Below, piece after piece: positions 46,874 through 55,988 of a stretch of 64,000 bases of DNA. The notes under the pieces were generated by a model. It was not told where the DNA came from. It did not search any database and saw nothing but the letters and a program-made list of their open reading frames with translations. The position numbers were made by a program, and so were the translations under genes. The first letter of the stretch is position 1; the number at the start of each line of letters is the position of its first letter. Source of the stretch: an uncultured delta proteobacterium (lineage in GTDB: Bacteria; Desulfobacterota; Binatia; HRBIN30; BPIQ01); NCBI GenBank assembly GCA_963761335.1, contig CAVXGR010000013.1, forward strand, positions 202,511 to 266,510, read 5' to 3'.

Positions 46874-48991
46874 ATGAGGCGCCGCCGGCGGTCCCGGGTC
46901 TCCATCGCCGCGGCCCTGCTGTGTGCGGCTGCCTCGGCGGGAGCCGCGCACGCCGACCTGTGCGCCTTCGTCAGCAACGCCGCCGACAACTCGGTTTCGG
47001 TGGTGGACGTCGCCAGCGGCACGGTGACCAGGACCATCCGCGTCGGCCGGCGGCCGGCAGCGGTCACCGCGACACCGGACGGGCAGCTGCTCTACGTCGG
47101 CAATGCCGACGATCCCGACGAAGAGGTCGACCACATGCCCGGCGTTCGCGATACGCTGTCGGTCATCGAAACGGGCAGTGGGCGCACCCTGGATATGGTC
47201 GAGGTGGGCCGCAGCCCGCACGGGATCGCCGTCACTCCCGATGGCCACCACGTCTTCGAAGCCGATACCTTTCAGGGCACCGTCTCGGTGATCGACACCA
47301 GTAACAACGAGGTGGTGCAGACGCTGCCCGCGGGGGGAGCGCCGGTGTTCCCGGCGATCAGCCCCGACGGCAGCCGCTTCTACGTCGGCGACAGCCAGGG
47401 CGGCAACGTGCGCGTGATCGACACCGCGTCGTACCAGACGCTGAAGACGATCGCGATCACGGGTGGCCCGAGCGGGATCGCCTTCCACCCCGACGGCAGC
47501 AGGGCATATGTCGCCGCCATCGGCGCCGACGCCGTCGACGTGATCGACACCGGCTCTCTGCAGGTGGTGGGCTCGGTGGAGAACGAGTCGCACCCCTTCG
47601 CCATGGCGGTCGCACCGGGGCGCCAGACGCTGTACGTCGGCCTTCTGGGAACCGCACAGGTCGGTGCCATCGACATGCACAGCGATATGGGCATCGGCAC
47701 GATCGACGTCGGCACGCCCGGCGACTTTCCCTTTTTTGCCGCGATCAGTCCGGACGAGAGGCGCCTCTACGTGGTCCTCCGCTTCGCCGACAGCGTCGCC
47801 GTCGTCGACCTCGACACGCAGCAACGCATCGGCTCCTTCGCGACCGGCCGCGAGCCCCGCGGCATCGCCGTCCTCGACCTCGACGGCCCCTGCCCTGGCG
47901 ACCGTCTTCCCGACCTATGGTCGGCGGCCACCCCGCTCTCGTCGCGGCGGCAGGAGATCGCCGGCGTCGAGCTGGGCGGTTACGTCTACGCCGTGGGCGG
48001 TCTCGCCGGCGCCTCGCAGGCGGCGGCGCAACCGCTCGCCTCGGTGGAGCGCTACGACCCGGAGCGCGACCAATGGGAGATGGTGGCACCGCTGCCGACG
48101 CCTCTGCACCATCCCGCCGCCGCCACCGTCGGCGGCAGGCTCTACGTCATCGGCGGCTTCGAGACGAGCGCCTTCACGGCCGTGGACTCGGTATACGCCT
48201 ACGATCCTACCGCCGACCACTGGGAGAGCCGGGCGCCGCTCCCGGCACCGCGCGGCGCCGCGACTGCGGCGGTGATCGACGGCCGCATCTACGTCGCTGG
48301 CGGCCTGCGCGACAGCTCCGTCGACGACTTCGCCGTCTATGACCCCGCGGCCAACCAGTGGACTTCGCTGCCGCCGATGCCGACCGCCCGCGATCATCTC
48401 GGATCGGGGGTGATTGGGGGGATCTTCTACGCCGCCGGCGGCCGCACCGCGGGCGATCTGACCGGCGTCGTCGAGGCGTACGACCCGTCGACTGGAGCCT
48501 GGCGGAGCAACCTGGCGCCGATGCCCGAGCCGCGCGCCGCCGTGGCCGCGGCCGTCGCCGCCAGCCGCCTCTTCGTCTTCGGCGGCGAGGGAAACCCGGC
48601 GCGCAGCGACGGAACCTTCCCGCAGGTCGAGGCCTACAACCCACGCGCCGACCTGTGGGAGAGCTTTCCGGACATGCGCTGGCCCCGCCACGGCTCGGCC
48701 GCGGTGGCGCTTGGCCGCCGGGTCGCGGTTCTCGCCGGGGGCTCCATCGAGGGATTTGGCCCAACTGCGGGCAACGAGGTCTTCACCCTTCCGGGCACCG
48801 CGTGTGCCGGCGATTGCCACGGCGACGGAAAGATCAGAGCCGTGGAAGTGAACACCGCCGTGGCCGCGCTCTTTTCGGATTACTCCGACCCGGCATGTCC
48901 ACAGGTCGCGTTCGATACCGACGGCGACGGCAGAGTCGCGGCCGCGGAGGTTTTGGCGACGGTGATCAGCGCCGGCGGCTGCAGGGGTTGA
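46874..48991 (+). CDS. Secreted YVTN beta-propeller + Kelch-repeat protein with C-terminal CAGDCHGD dockerin-like module
   Basis: Signal peptide AHA; VSVID repeats; YVIGG...YDP...W Kelch repeats; DTDGDG motif. Confidence 0.85.
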   Translation: MRRRRRSRVSIAAALLCAAASAGAAHADLCAFVSNAADNSVSVVDVASGTVTRTIRVGRRPAAVTATPDGQLLYVGNADDPDEEVDHMPGVRDTLSVIETGSGRTLDMVEVGRSPHGIAVTPDGHHVFEADTFQGTVSVIDTSNNEVVQTLPAGGAPVFPAISPDGSRFYVGDSQGGNVRVIDTASYQTLKTIAITGGPSGIAFHPDGSRAYVAAIGADAVDVIDTGSLQVVGSVENESHPFAMAVAPGRQTLYVGLLGTAQVGAIDMHSDMGIGTIDVGTPGDFPFFAAISPDERRLYVVLRFADSVAVVDLDTQQRIGSFATGREPRGIAVLDLDGPCPGDRLPDLWSAATPLSSRRQEIAGVELGGYVYAVGGLAGASQAAAQPLASVERYDPERDQWEMVAPLPTPLHHPAAATVGGRLYVIGGFETSAFTAVDSVYAYDPTADHWESRAPLPAPRGAATAAVIDGRIYVAGGLRDSSVDDFAVYDPAANQWTSLPPMPTARDHLGSGVIGGIFYAAGGRTAGDLTGVVEAYDPSTGAWRSNLAPMPEPRAAVAAAVAASRLFVFGGEGNPARSDGTFPQVEAYNPRADLWESFPDMRWPRHGSAAVALGRRVAVLAGGSIEGFGPTAGNEVFTLPGTACAGDCHGDGKIRAVEVNTAVAALFSDYSDPACPQVAFDTDGDGRVAAAEVLATVISAGGCRG

Positions 48992-49169
48992 GGAAAGTTA
49001 AGCGGATTCTCCGATGAATCTGGGGGAGGTTCAGCGGCGGGGTGGGGTGAAGAGCCTACTAAACCCGGGCAAACGAGTTCGCCGACCCGCGGGCAATGTA
49101 GAAGCGGCGTCTCGCCGCTACTTCGGCGCCAAAGAGGTATGGTGATAGTGTGAGAGCGCTTGCTGGTGA

Positions 49170-50105
49170 GCACTGGCGCTGAAGAACCAGATTCTGTTCA
49201 GGAAGGCGAAGCAGCTCAACGAGAGGGAGCGTTTCGACATCGTCTTCGGGACGATGAACGAGATCGATGTCGGAGCCAGGGCCATCGAGTACGTTCACTA
49301 CCCGTGGGCCTACTGGCCCCGTGCAAGCAGCGACCTCCGCTGGTATCACTTCTCCCCCGCGTGCGCCTGTATCGCCGCACCGCGGCGCTGGTGTCGGGAT
49401 ACGACCCGCGGCGGATCGCGCAGAACGTCACGCTCGTCAACTCCGACTGGACAGGTGACGTCTTCGCGGCCTGCTACGGCTCTGGTCGGCGGACCGTCTA
49501 CCCGCCGGTTACGGAGGGGGACGGGAGCGTCCCGTCGCCGAACGGCTTCGCGGATTCACCTGTATCGGGCGCATCTCGACGGAGAAGAGACTGGATGACA
49601 TCATCGGAATCCTCACGGCAGTCCGGGCACGGGGACATGATGTCTCCTTGCAGATCATTGGGCATGTCGAGTCCCCCGCCTACATGAAGCGCATCGTCGC
49701 CGCGCGGAGCCACACGGAGCATGGATCTCATTCTTTCACGAGGTGCCGCGCGAGGAGCTGGTGCAGCTGATGGTCCGCAACCGCTATGCGATCCACGGCA
49801 TGGTGGACGAGCACTTCGGGATCGCACCGGCAGAGCTGCAACGTGCCGGCTGCATCACCTTCGTGCCGAACGGCGGTGGCTCTCCCGAGATCGTGGGCCG
49901 AGACGAACGGCTCGTCTATCGCTCCATCGAGGACGCGATCGAGAAGATCGACCGCGTCCTCTCGGACCCCGAGCTCGAGGCCGAGCTCCGTCGCGACATC
50001 GAGCTGCGCCGCGCCTGCTTCTCGGAGCACCGCTTCATGGAGGAGATCCTGGAGATCGTGGATTCGTTCGGGACGTCCGGCCGTGGAAGGCCCACGGGAG
50101 AATAG
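49170..50105 (+). pseudogene. Frameshifted GT4 (Alg11-like) glycosyltransferase
   Basis: Fragments YVHYPW / NSDWT...YPPV / IGRISTEKR / EHFGIAPAE...GGG split over at least three frame changes; no intact N-terminus. Confidence 0.75.
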
Positions 50106-50126
50106 CTTGCCGGCCAGTCGCGCCGA

Positions 50127-51203
50127 TTACGACGCGGCGCGCGAGAGGTCCTCGAACTCGAGCGGGCGCACGCCGGTGTACTCGGCGTTGACCGCGTCGG
50201 CGTAGGCGCGCGACACCGTCCGCTTCATGTACCGGCGCACAGCCGGCGCGACCTCGAGCTCGTCGATGTACGACAGGTTCTGCCGCAGGTAGTAGACGCG
50301 GCCGGCGCGCACCAGCGGCGGGTCCTCGGGCTGGTTGACGCGGTCGCGCCACTCGCGGTAGGCGCGCTCCGCCGTCGCCCGCGGAACCCCGCACAGCGCC
50401 AGGGTGCCGATGCGCGTCCGCCGCGGCAGCCGGCTGTCGTTGCCGTGGCGGCCGATGTAGATGTTGGCGGCGAAGTGGGCGTAGGAGATGCCGGCGAGGT
50501 TCCGCGCCAGCGAGCCCATGCGGCGCAGTGCCAGCTTGCCGGTCTCGCGCGACATCTGCATGTGTCGCGCCTCGTCGATGGCGTGGTTCTTCAGCATGGC
50601 GCGCACGCAGGGGTGCATGTTGGGCTCGTTGATGGTGCAGCGCTCGACCGTCTTCTGGTTCACGTTCAGAGGAAAACGCGTGAAGTAGTAGTACGACAGA
50701 TCGCCGCGCACGGCGCCGATCAGTGTGTGCGCCTGGAAATAGCGCGCCGCCATGCGCAGCGACACGTTGGTGGCGCGCAGCTGCTCGAGCGTCAAGCCGT
50801 AGTGGGCGAGCACCTTGCGGATGACGATGAGAAAGGCGTGCAGATGCGCCGTCTCCTCGACGACCTCGCGCGCCATGTAGAGCGCCACCTCCGGGTCGTC
50901 GTCGATGAAGCTGTGCACCGCCGCCTCGCAGTTGAGGACGTTGGTCGCCGCCTCGGCGACCGCGGTCGACAGATAGCTCTGGCAGAAGGTGAGCCGGTTG
51001 AGCTGCAGCTTCTGCTCGGCGGACAGGGATTCCCAGACCGGCTCGCCGTAGAACCAGGTCATCTCCAGCGGGAAGAGCAGGTGGTCGCCCATGGCGGCGC
51101 CGTCGAACTCCTCCGCCGGCGCCAGAAAGTGCTCGTGCAGGCGATCCACATCCCGATCGCTGACGGCGCGCAGGCGGCGCACGTAATCGAATTCACCCGG
51201 CAT
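50127..51203 (-). CDS. AurF-like ferritin-fold diiron oxygenase
   Basis: W..LS.EQK..L, E...EETAH...HAIDEARH ligand set. Confidence 0.8.
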   Translation of the reverse strand: MPGEFDYVRRLRAVSDRDVDRLHEHFLAPAEEFDGAAMGDHLLFPLEMTWFYGEPVWESLSAEQKLQLNRLTFCQSYLSTAVAEAATNVLNCEAAVHSFIDDDPEVALYMAREVVEETAHLHAFLIVIRKVLAHYGLTLEQLRATNVSLRMAARYFQAHTLIGAVRGDLSYYYFTRFPLNVNQKTVERCTINEPNMHPCVRAMLKNHAIDEARHMQMSRETGKLALRRMGSLARNLAGISYAHFAANIYIGRHGNDSRLPRRTRIGTLALCGVPRATAERAYREWRDRVNQPEDPPLVRAGRVYYLRQNLSYIDELEVAPAVRRYMKRTVSRAYADAVNAEYTGVRPLEFEDLSRAAS

Positions 51204-51221
51204 CGAGCTCTCCCCGTCGCC

Positions 51222-52196
51222 TCACCTGCTATCACGCCCCGCAGGCGCCGCGGAAGAGCTTTCTGCAGCGGGCGCCAGGCGGCGCCGCACCTCGTCGAGA
51301 GCGTTCACGTAGCCGCGACCATCGGCGAGCCGCCAGTCCTCGCAGGCGGCGCAGGGAGCCACCGAATCGAAGCGCCCCGCCAGGTGGGCGGCGCGGCGGC
51401 GTTGCGACTCGGCGCCGGCCCAGATCTCTGCGAGGGTCTCGTCGCAAACGTTGCCGAGCGGCGCGCGGGCATCCCAGTCGGCGCCGCACATGGTCACCGT
51501 GCCGTCCTGAAGGACGACGAGCGCCTCGAAGAGCCAGGGACACGGCGGCCGGGGGCCCGCCGAGTCGGTCCTGTCGACGCGGATGGCGCCGCCGAACGAG
51601 CTCGGCGCGATGGTCATGATGAAGTCGCGGGGTCCGAGGAGCGGCTCCCACTCGCGGACGATCTCCGCCAACGACGCCTCCACCTCCGGGGTGCGCATGA
51701 ACTGGATCGAGGTGATCGGCGCTTCGAAGCCCCCCGCCCGCTTGCGCCGCAGAAAGCGGCGCACGTTGTCCGTCACTCGCGCAAAGTGGTCGCGGCCGCG
51801 CATTCTCGCGTACTCGACACCCCCGAGAGCGTCCACGGAGCATTCGAGGCGATCCAGCCCGGAGCGCAGCAGGGCGTCGGCGTAAGTGTCCAGGGACACG
51901 GCATTGGTCGAGAGGCCGATGCGGCAGCCGCTCGCCTTGGCGCGCCCGATCAGCGCCACGGCGTGGCGGTGGAGCAGGGGCTCGCCGAGAAAGTGCAGCC
52001 ACAGCATGGTGTCGCGAGCGGCGCACTCGGCGGCGATGCGCTCGAACACCTCCGCTTCCATGAAGCCCAGTGGACGGGTGAAATCCTGGCGCGGGCACAG
52101 CAGACAGCGCTGGTTGCAGTGGTTGGTGAGCTCGACGTTGATCCGCCGGGGAAACGGCAGCGGCACCCGCATTCGAAAACCATAGTACACTTGCAC
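51222..52196 (-). CDS. Radical SAM/SPASM enzyme (distinct subfamily)
   Basis: CNQRCLLC, GEP, STN; C..PW.....DG...C..D....LGN.....L..IW...C..C. Confidence 0.88.
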   Translation of the reverse strand: MQVYYGFRMRVPLPFPRRINVELTNHCNQRCLLCPRQDFTRPLGFMEAEVFERIAAECAARDTMLWLHFLGEPLLHRHAVALIGRAKASGCRIGLSTNAVSLDTYADALLRSGLDRLECSVDALGGVEYARMRGRDHFARVTDNVRRFLRRKRAGGFEAPITSIQFMRTPEVEASLAEIVREWEPLLGPRDFIMTIAPSSFGGAIRVDRTDSAGPRPPCPWLFEALVVLQDGTVTMCGADWDARAPLGNVCDETLAEIWAGAESQRRRAAHLAGRFDSVAPCAACEDWRLADGRGYVNALDEVRRRLAPAAESSSAAPAGRDSR

Positions 52197-52243
52197 TCGG
52201 AAGACACGGCGCGTTATTTAGGGACACTTTCTCGCACGGGGGT

Positions 52244-52978
52244 TTGGTGGGCGTTCGACTCGGGGGTATCCAGCCAGTCTATCTGCCCTGGCTCGGGTAC
52301 TTCGACCAGATGCAGCGCGTCGACGTTTTCGTCATCGCCGACGAGATGCCCTACTCTTCCTCCGGGTGGCTGCACCGCAATCGCGTCAAGGGTCCCAATG
52401 GTCCGCAATGGCTGACGCTGCCGGCCCGGCCGCGGCACGGAGAACGCATCGACGAGGTTCGCCTGGCGGCAGAGGTGCCCTGGCTGCGCAAGCACATGGG
52501 CACCTTGCGGCACCTCTATGCGCGCGGCACAGACGCCCATGAAACCATGGACGCCCTCGAGAACGTCCTCGAAGAGGGCGCCGAGCGCCTCGTCGGGGTT
52601 TCGGTTCCGTGCCTCCGCTTCATGATCGAGCGCCTCGGCATCCGCACGCCGGTGGTGATCTCCTCCGAGCTCGGGCTCGAGGCGGGCTACGCGGCGCGCT
52701 TCCCGGAGCGCCCCAGCCCGACCCACCGCATCATCGCCTACATGGAGGCCCTCGGCGCCACCGAGCTGCTCGAGGGAGAGAGCGGTCAGTCCTACTTCGA
52801 CGTGCCGCTGTTCGAGTCCTTTGGCATGCGGGTCCGCTTCCACCGCTATCTGCACCCGGAGTACCCGCAGCTGCACGGGCCGTTCATCTCTCACATGTCG
52901 GCGCTCGATCTGCTCCTCTGCAGCGGCCACGAGCGCGCTCGGCAGGTGCTCGCCAGCGGACGGCTGCGCGATGACTGA
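52244..52978 (+). CDS. WbqC family protein
   Basis: QPVYLPWLGYF...NR.K....WLTLP...YPQLHG.F...S.LDLL. Confidence 0.9.
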   Translation: MVGVRLGGIQPVYLPWLGYFDQMQRVDVFVIADEMPYSSSGWLHRNRVKGPNGPQWLTLPARPRHGERIDEVRLAAEVPWLRKHMGTLRHLYARGTDAHETMDALENVLEEGAERLVGVSVPCLRFMIERLGIRTPVVISSELGLEAGYAARFPERPSPTHRIIAYMEALGATELLEGESGQSYFDVPLFESFGMRVRFHRYLHPEYPQLHGPFISHMSALDLLLCSGHERARQVLASGRLRDD

Positions 52979-53903
52979 CGGCTCACTGCGCGTCTCGGTC
53001 GTCATCGCGCTCTACAACGACGCGGCAACCGTGGAGGAGCTGGCGAGGCGGATCGCCGCCACTCTCGACAGCCGCGGCACCTCGTATGAGATCCTCTTCA
53101 TCGACGACGGCAGCGCCGACGGCACCGCGGAGATCCTGCGTCGCCTCGAGGCCGAGGACGAGCATATTCGCGTCTTCGAGTTCACCCGCAACTTCGGGCA
53201 GGCGGCGGCGCTCGCCTGCGGGCTGGCGGCGGCGCGCGGCGAGGTGACCCTCACTCTCGACGGCGATCTGCAGAACCCGCCCGAGGAGATTCCGCGCCTG
53301 CTCGAGGCCATCGACGCCGGCGCCGAGGTGGTCACGGCGCGGCGCGGGCGGCGCTACGAAGGCCTGATCCGCTGGGTCGGCTCGCGCGCCGTGCACTGGC
53401 TCGCCTGCCGCCTGACCGGCGTCCTCCTCGAGGATTACGGCGGCAACTTCAAGGGCTACAACCGCGCCGCGCTCGAGGCCACCAAGGGCGTGTGGGCGCC
53501 GGGCAAGCCGTTCTTCCCTCTGGCCCTCTCGCTCGGCTACCGAGTCGCCGAAGTGACCGTGCGCCACGAGCCGCGGCGCGCCGGCAGGTCGCGCTATACG
53601 CTGCTGGCGCTCTTGCGCATCAACTTCGACCTCATCACCAGCTTCACCACCCTGCCGCTGGCCCTCCTCGGCGCCGGTGGCGGCATTTGCCTGGGGCTCG
53701 GGGCGCTCGGCATCGCCCTCTGCTGGTGGCTCCGCGCCACGCCGTTCGCTGCGGCGCTGTCGCTGACGCTCTTCGCGGTCGGCGCCGTATGGATCGCCGC
53801 CGGAGTGCTCGGCCTCTACCTCGGCCGCGTCTATCGCCTGGTTGCCGGCGGCGGCCCCGCATACGTGGTGCGGCGCGGCCCGCGCCGCAACGAGGCGGGC
53901 TGA
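52971..53903 (+). CDS. GT2 polyprenyl-phosphate glycosyltransferase (ArnC/GtrB/DPM-like)
   Basis: IDDGSAD, RNFGQ, DGDLQNPPEEIP, GRSRY, two C-terminal TM helices. Confidence 0.9.
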   Translation: MTDGSLRVSVVIALYNDAATVEELARRIAATLDSRGTSYEILFIDDGSADGTAEILRRLEAEDEHIRVFEFTRNFGQAAALACGLAAARGEVTLTLDGDLQNPPEEIPRLLEAIDAGAEVVTARRGRRYEGLIRWVGSRAVHWLACRLTGVLLEDYGGNFKGYNRAALEATKGVWAPGKPFFPLALSLGYRVAEVTVRHEPRRAGRSRYTLLALLRINFDLITSFTTLPLALLGAGGGICLGLGALGIALCWWLRATPFAAALSLTLFAVGAVWIAAGVLGLYLGRVYRLVAGGGPAYVVRRGPRRNEAG

Positions 53904-53917
53904 GGGTCGGCGAATCG

Positions 53918-55988
53918 GTGGACTCGACACTCGGCCGCACCACTCGCCTGCGCCGGTGGGGGATGCTGAGCGCGGTGCCGCTGCTGCTGGCCTATGCCCT
54001 GCCTCTCCTGGCGCCGCCGCCGGCCGCGTGGAAGGCGGCGGCGCCAGGCGGCGGGCTGTGCGAGCGGATCTTTCCCGACGTGCCCGCATGGTGGGTCGCC
54101 GGCCGTCTCGCCTGTCTCTTTCTGGGCGCGGCGCTGCTCGCCCTGAGCCTGCGTGAGCCGCTGCCGCTCCATCTCGGCGATGCCGCCGGCGGCATGGCGC
54201 AGCGCCGCTCCCGCTGGCAAGCGCCGCTCGCCTGGACGGCGCTGGCGCTGGCCCTGGTGCAGGCGACCGGCGGGCTGTTCGCCTGGCGCTTCGGCCGTCT
54301 GGCGGAGACGGTTTACTTCATCTTCCTCGGCGTGCCTGCGGCGCTGCAGTTTCTCGGCGAGATTGCCCCAGGCCTGGGGCGCGACGCGCCAGCGCCTGGG
54401 CGTGCTCGCGACCTTCCTGATGGTGCCGGCGCTCTGGCTGGCGTGCTGCGCTCCTCTCGCCTGGCGCTCGCCGCGGGCCGCCAGCATCGTCGACGGCTGG
54501 CTGGCGGTGCAGCGCCTGGAGGAGGTGGCCGCCGGGCAGCAGAAGATCCTCGCCGACAGCGCCATCCCGGGGCTGACCAACGCCTACATGATGTTCGAGG
54601 GGGCGCCGCTGCTCGGCCCCGGAGACGTTTCCTTCGCGCGGATACAGAGCCTCCACCTCTTGTGGACGGCCTTCTGCGCCATGGCGGTCGCCGTGCTCGT
54701 CTGGAAGACCGTCGGCCGCGGTGCCGCGGTCGTCGCGCAAGCCGTATTTCTCTTTTCGCCTCTGGTCTTCTCCTTTCCGTACGATCCCCTGAGCCTGTTC
54801 ATCGGGCCGCTGAGCGCCGTCGTGCCGATGCTCCTCCTGCTGGCCGCCTACCGTTCGGGCTCGGCCGCGGCGTTCGCTGGCTTCGGAGCCGCCGTGGGCT
54901 TCGCCGGCCGCATTCCGCAGCTGGCGCCGATGGCGCTGCTGCTGTGTGCTCTGGCCTTGCTCGTCATCCGCTCGGTGCGCCTGCCCTGGCTCGCCGTCGC
55001 CGTCGCGGCGCTCTCCGGCGCGGCGGCGGCGCTTCCCGGCTTCCCCGACTTGCAGACGCTCTCCGCATCGGTGAGCGCTTTCACGCGCGGTATCGGGGAG
55101 TCGGTCGCCTTCACCAAGATCCTCTTCGGCCAGGAGAGCATCTCGCGCGCCGCGGCGACGTTGCAGGGGGCCCATCCGGGCGCCCTCGACGTGCCTCTCG
55201 GCGCCGCGCTGGCGCCCTTCGCCATCGCCCGCACACCGCTGCGGCTCCTCGGCGACGCGCTTCTCGACCCCTTGGGGGCCATTCTGGTAGCTACCGGTCT
55301 ATTCCTATGTCTGCTCCACTTCCGCAAGCGGGTGACGCTGATCGCCGTGGCCCTGCTCGCCACCGGATCACTGACCGCCGTAGTCTCCTCGGGCGACGCG
55401 GTGTCGCACACGCGTCTGGCACCGGCGCTGGTCCCGCTCGCCGTTCTCGCCGCGGTGGGCTTCGAGGCCCTGCGCCTCCGTCTGGCGGAGCGCTTGCCGT
55501 CCGCTGCCGTGGTGAGCGCGGCCGTGGGGCTGTCGGCGGCGAGCGGCGTGCTTCTCTTCGTCACCGTCAATCCCACCATTCTCGCCTCCTCGTCGCTGGA
55601 GATCAGCCTCGAATCGCTGGGCGGTGCGGCGACGACGGCGCGGCCGGTGTTCGTCGACTACGACGTCAACTGGCTGCACACGCAGCGGATCGCCAGCCAT
55701 CTGCCGGCGCGAGAGATTCCGTTCCTGACCGTGGCGGAGTTTCGGAGCAAAATCATCGGCGGCGGCGCCAAGCCGGCGTCGCTCTACTTCTGGAGCCCGG
55801 GGGTCGAGAAGAACGCGCACCTCTGGCGGGCCGTCTGCCGGCGCTGGCCGGGGGCGGCGCTGTACACCCTGCGGGGCCGTGCCGGCCTGTCGCACGCCCT
55901 TGCCGCCAGCCCGTCGGGGCGGGACTGGTCTCCCTCCCTGAGACGCTCGCAGTGGAGCGTCGCCGGCTGCGGCTCAGCAGAACCGTGA
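53918..55988 (+). pseudogene. GT-C-like polytopic membrane protein, copy 4, with a single frameshift at ~54360-54390 (may be a sequencing indel)
   Basis: N-terminal part (FPDVPAWWVAGRL) in the frame of ORF 53492, remainder (WRSPRAASIVDGW...FWSPG...CRRWP) in the frame of ORF 54153; colinear with copy 2. Confidence 0.7.
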
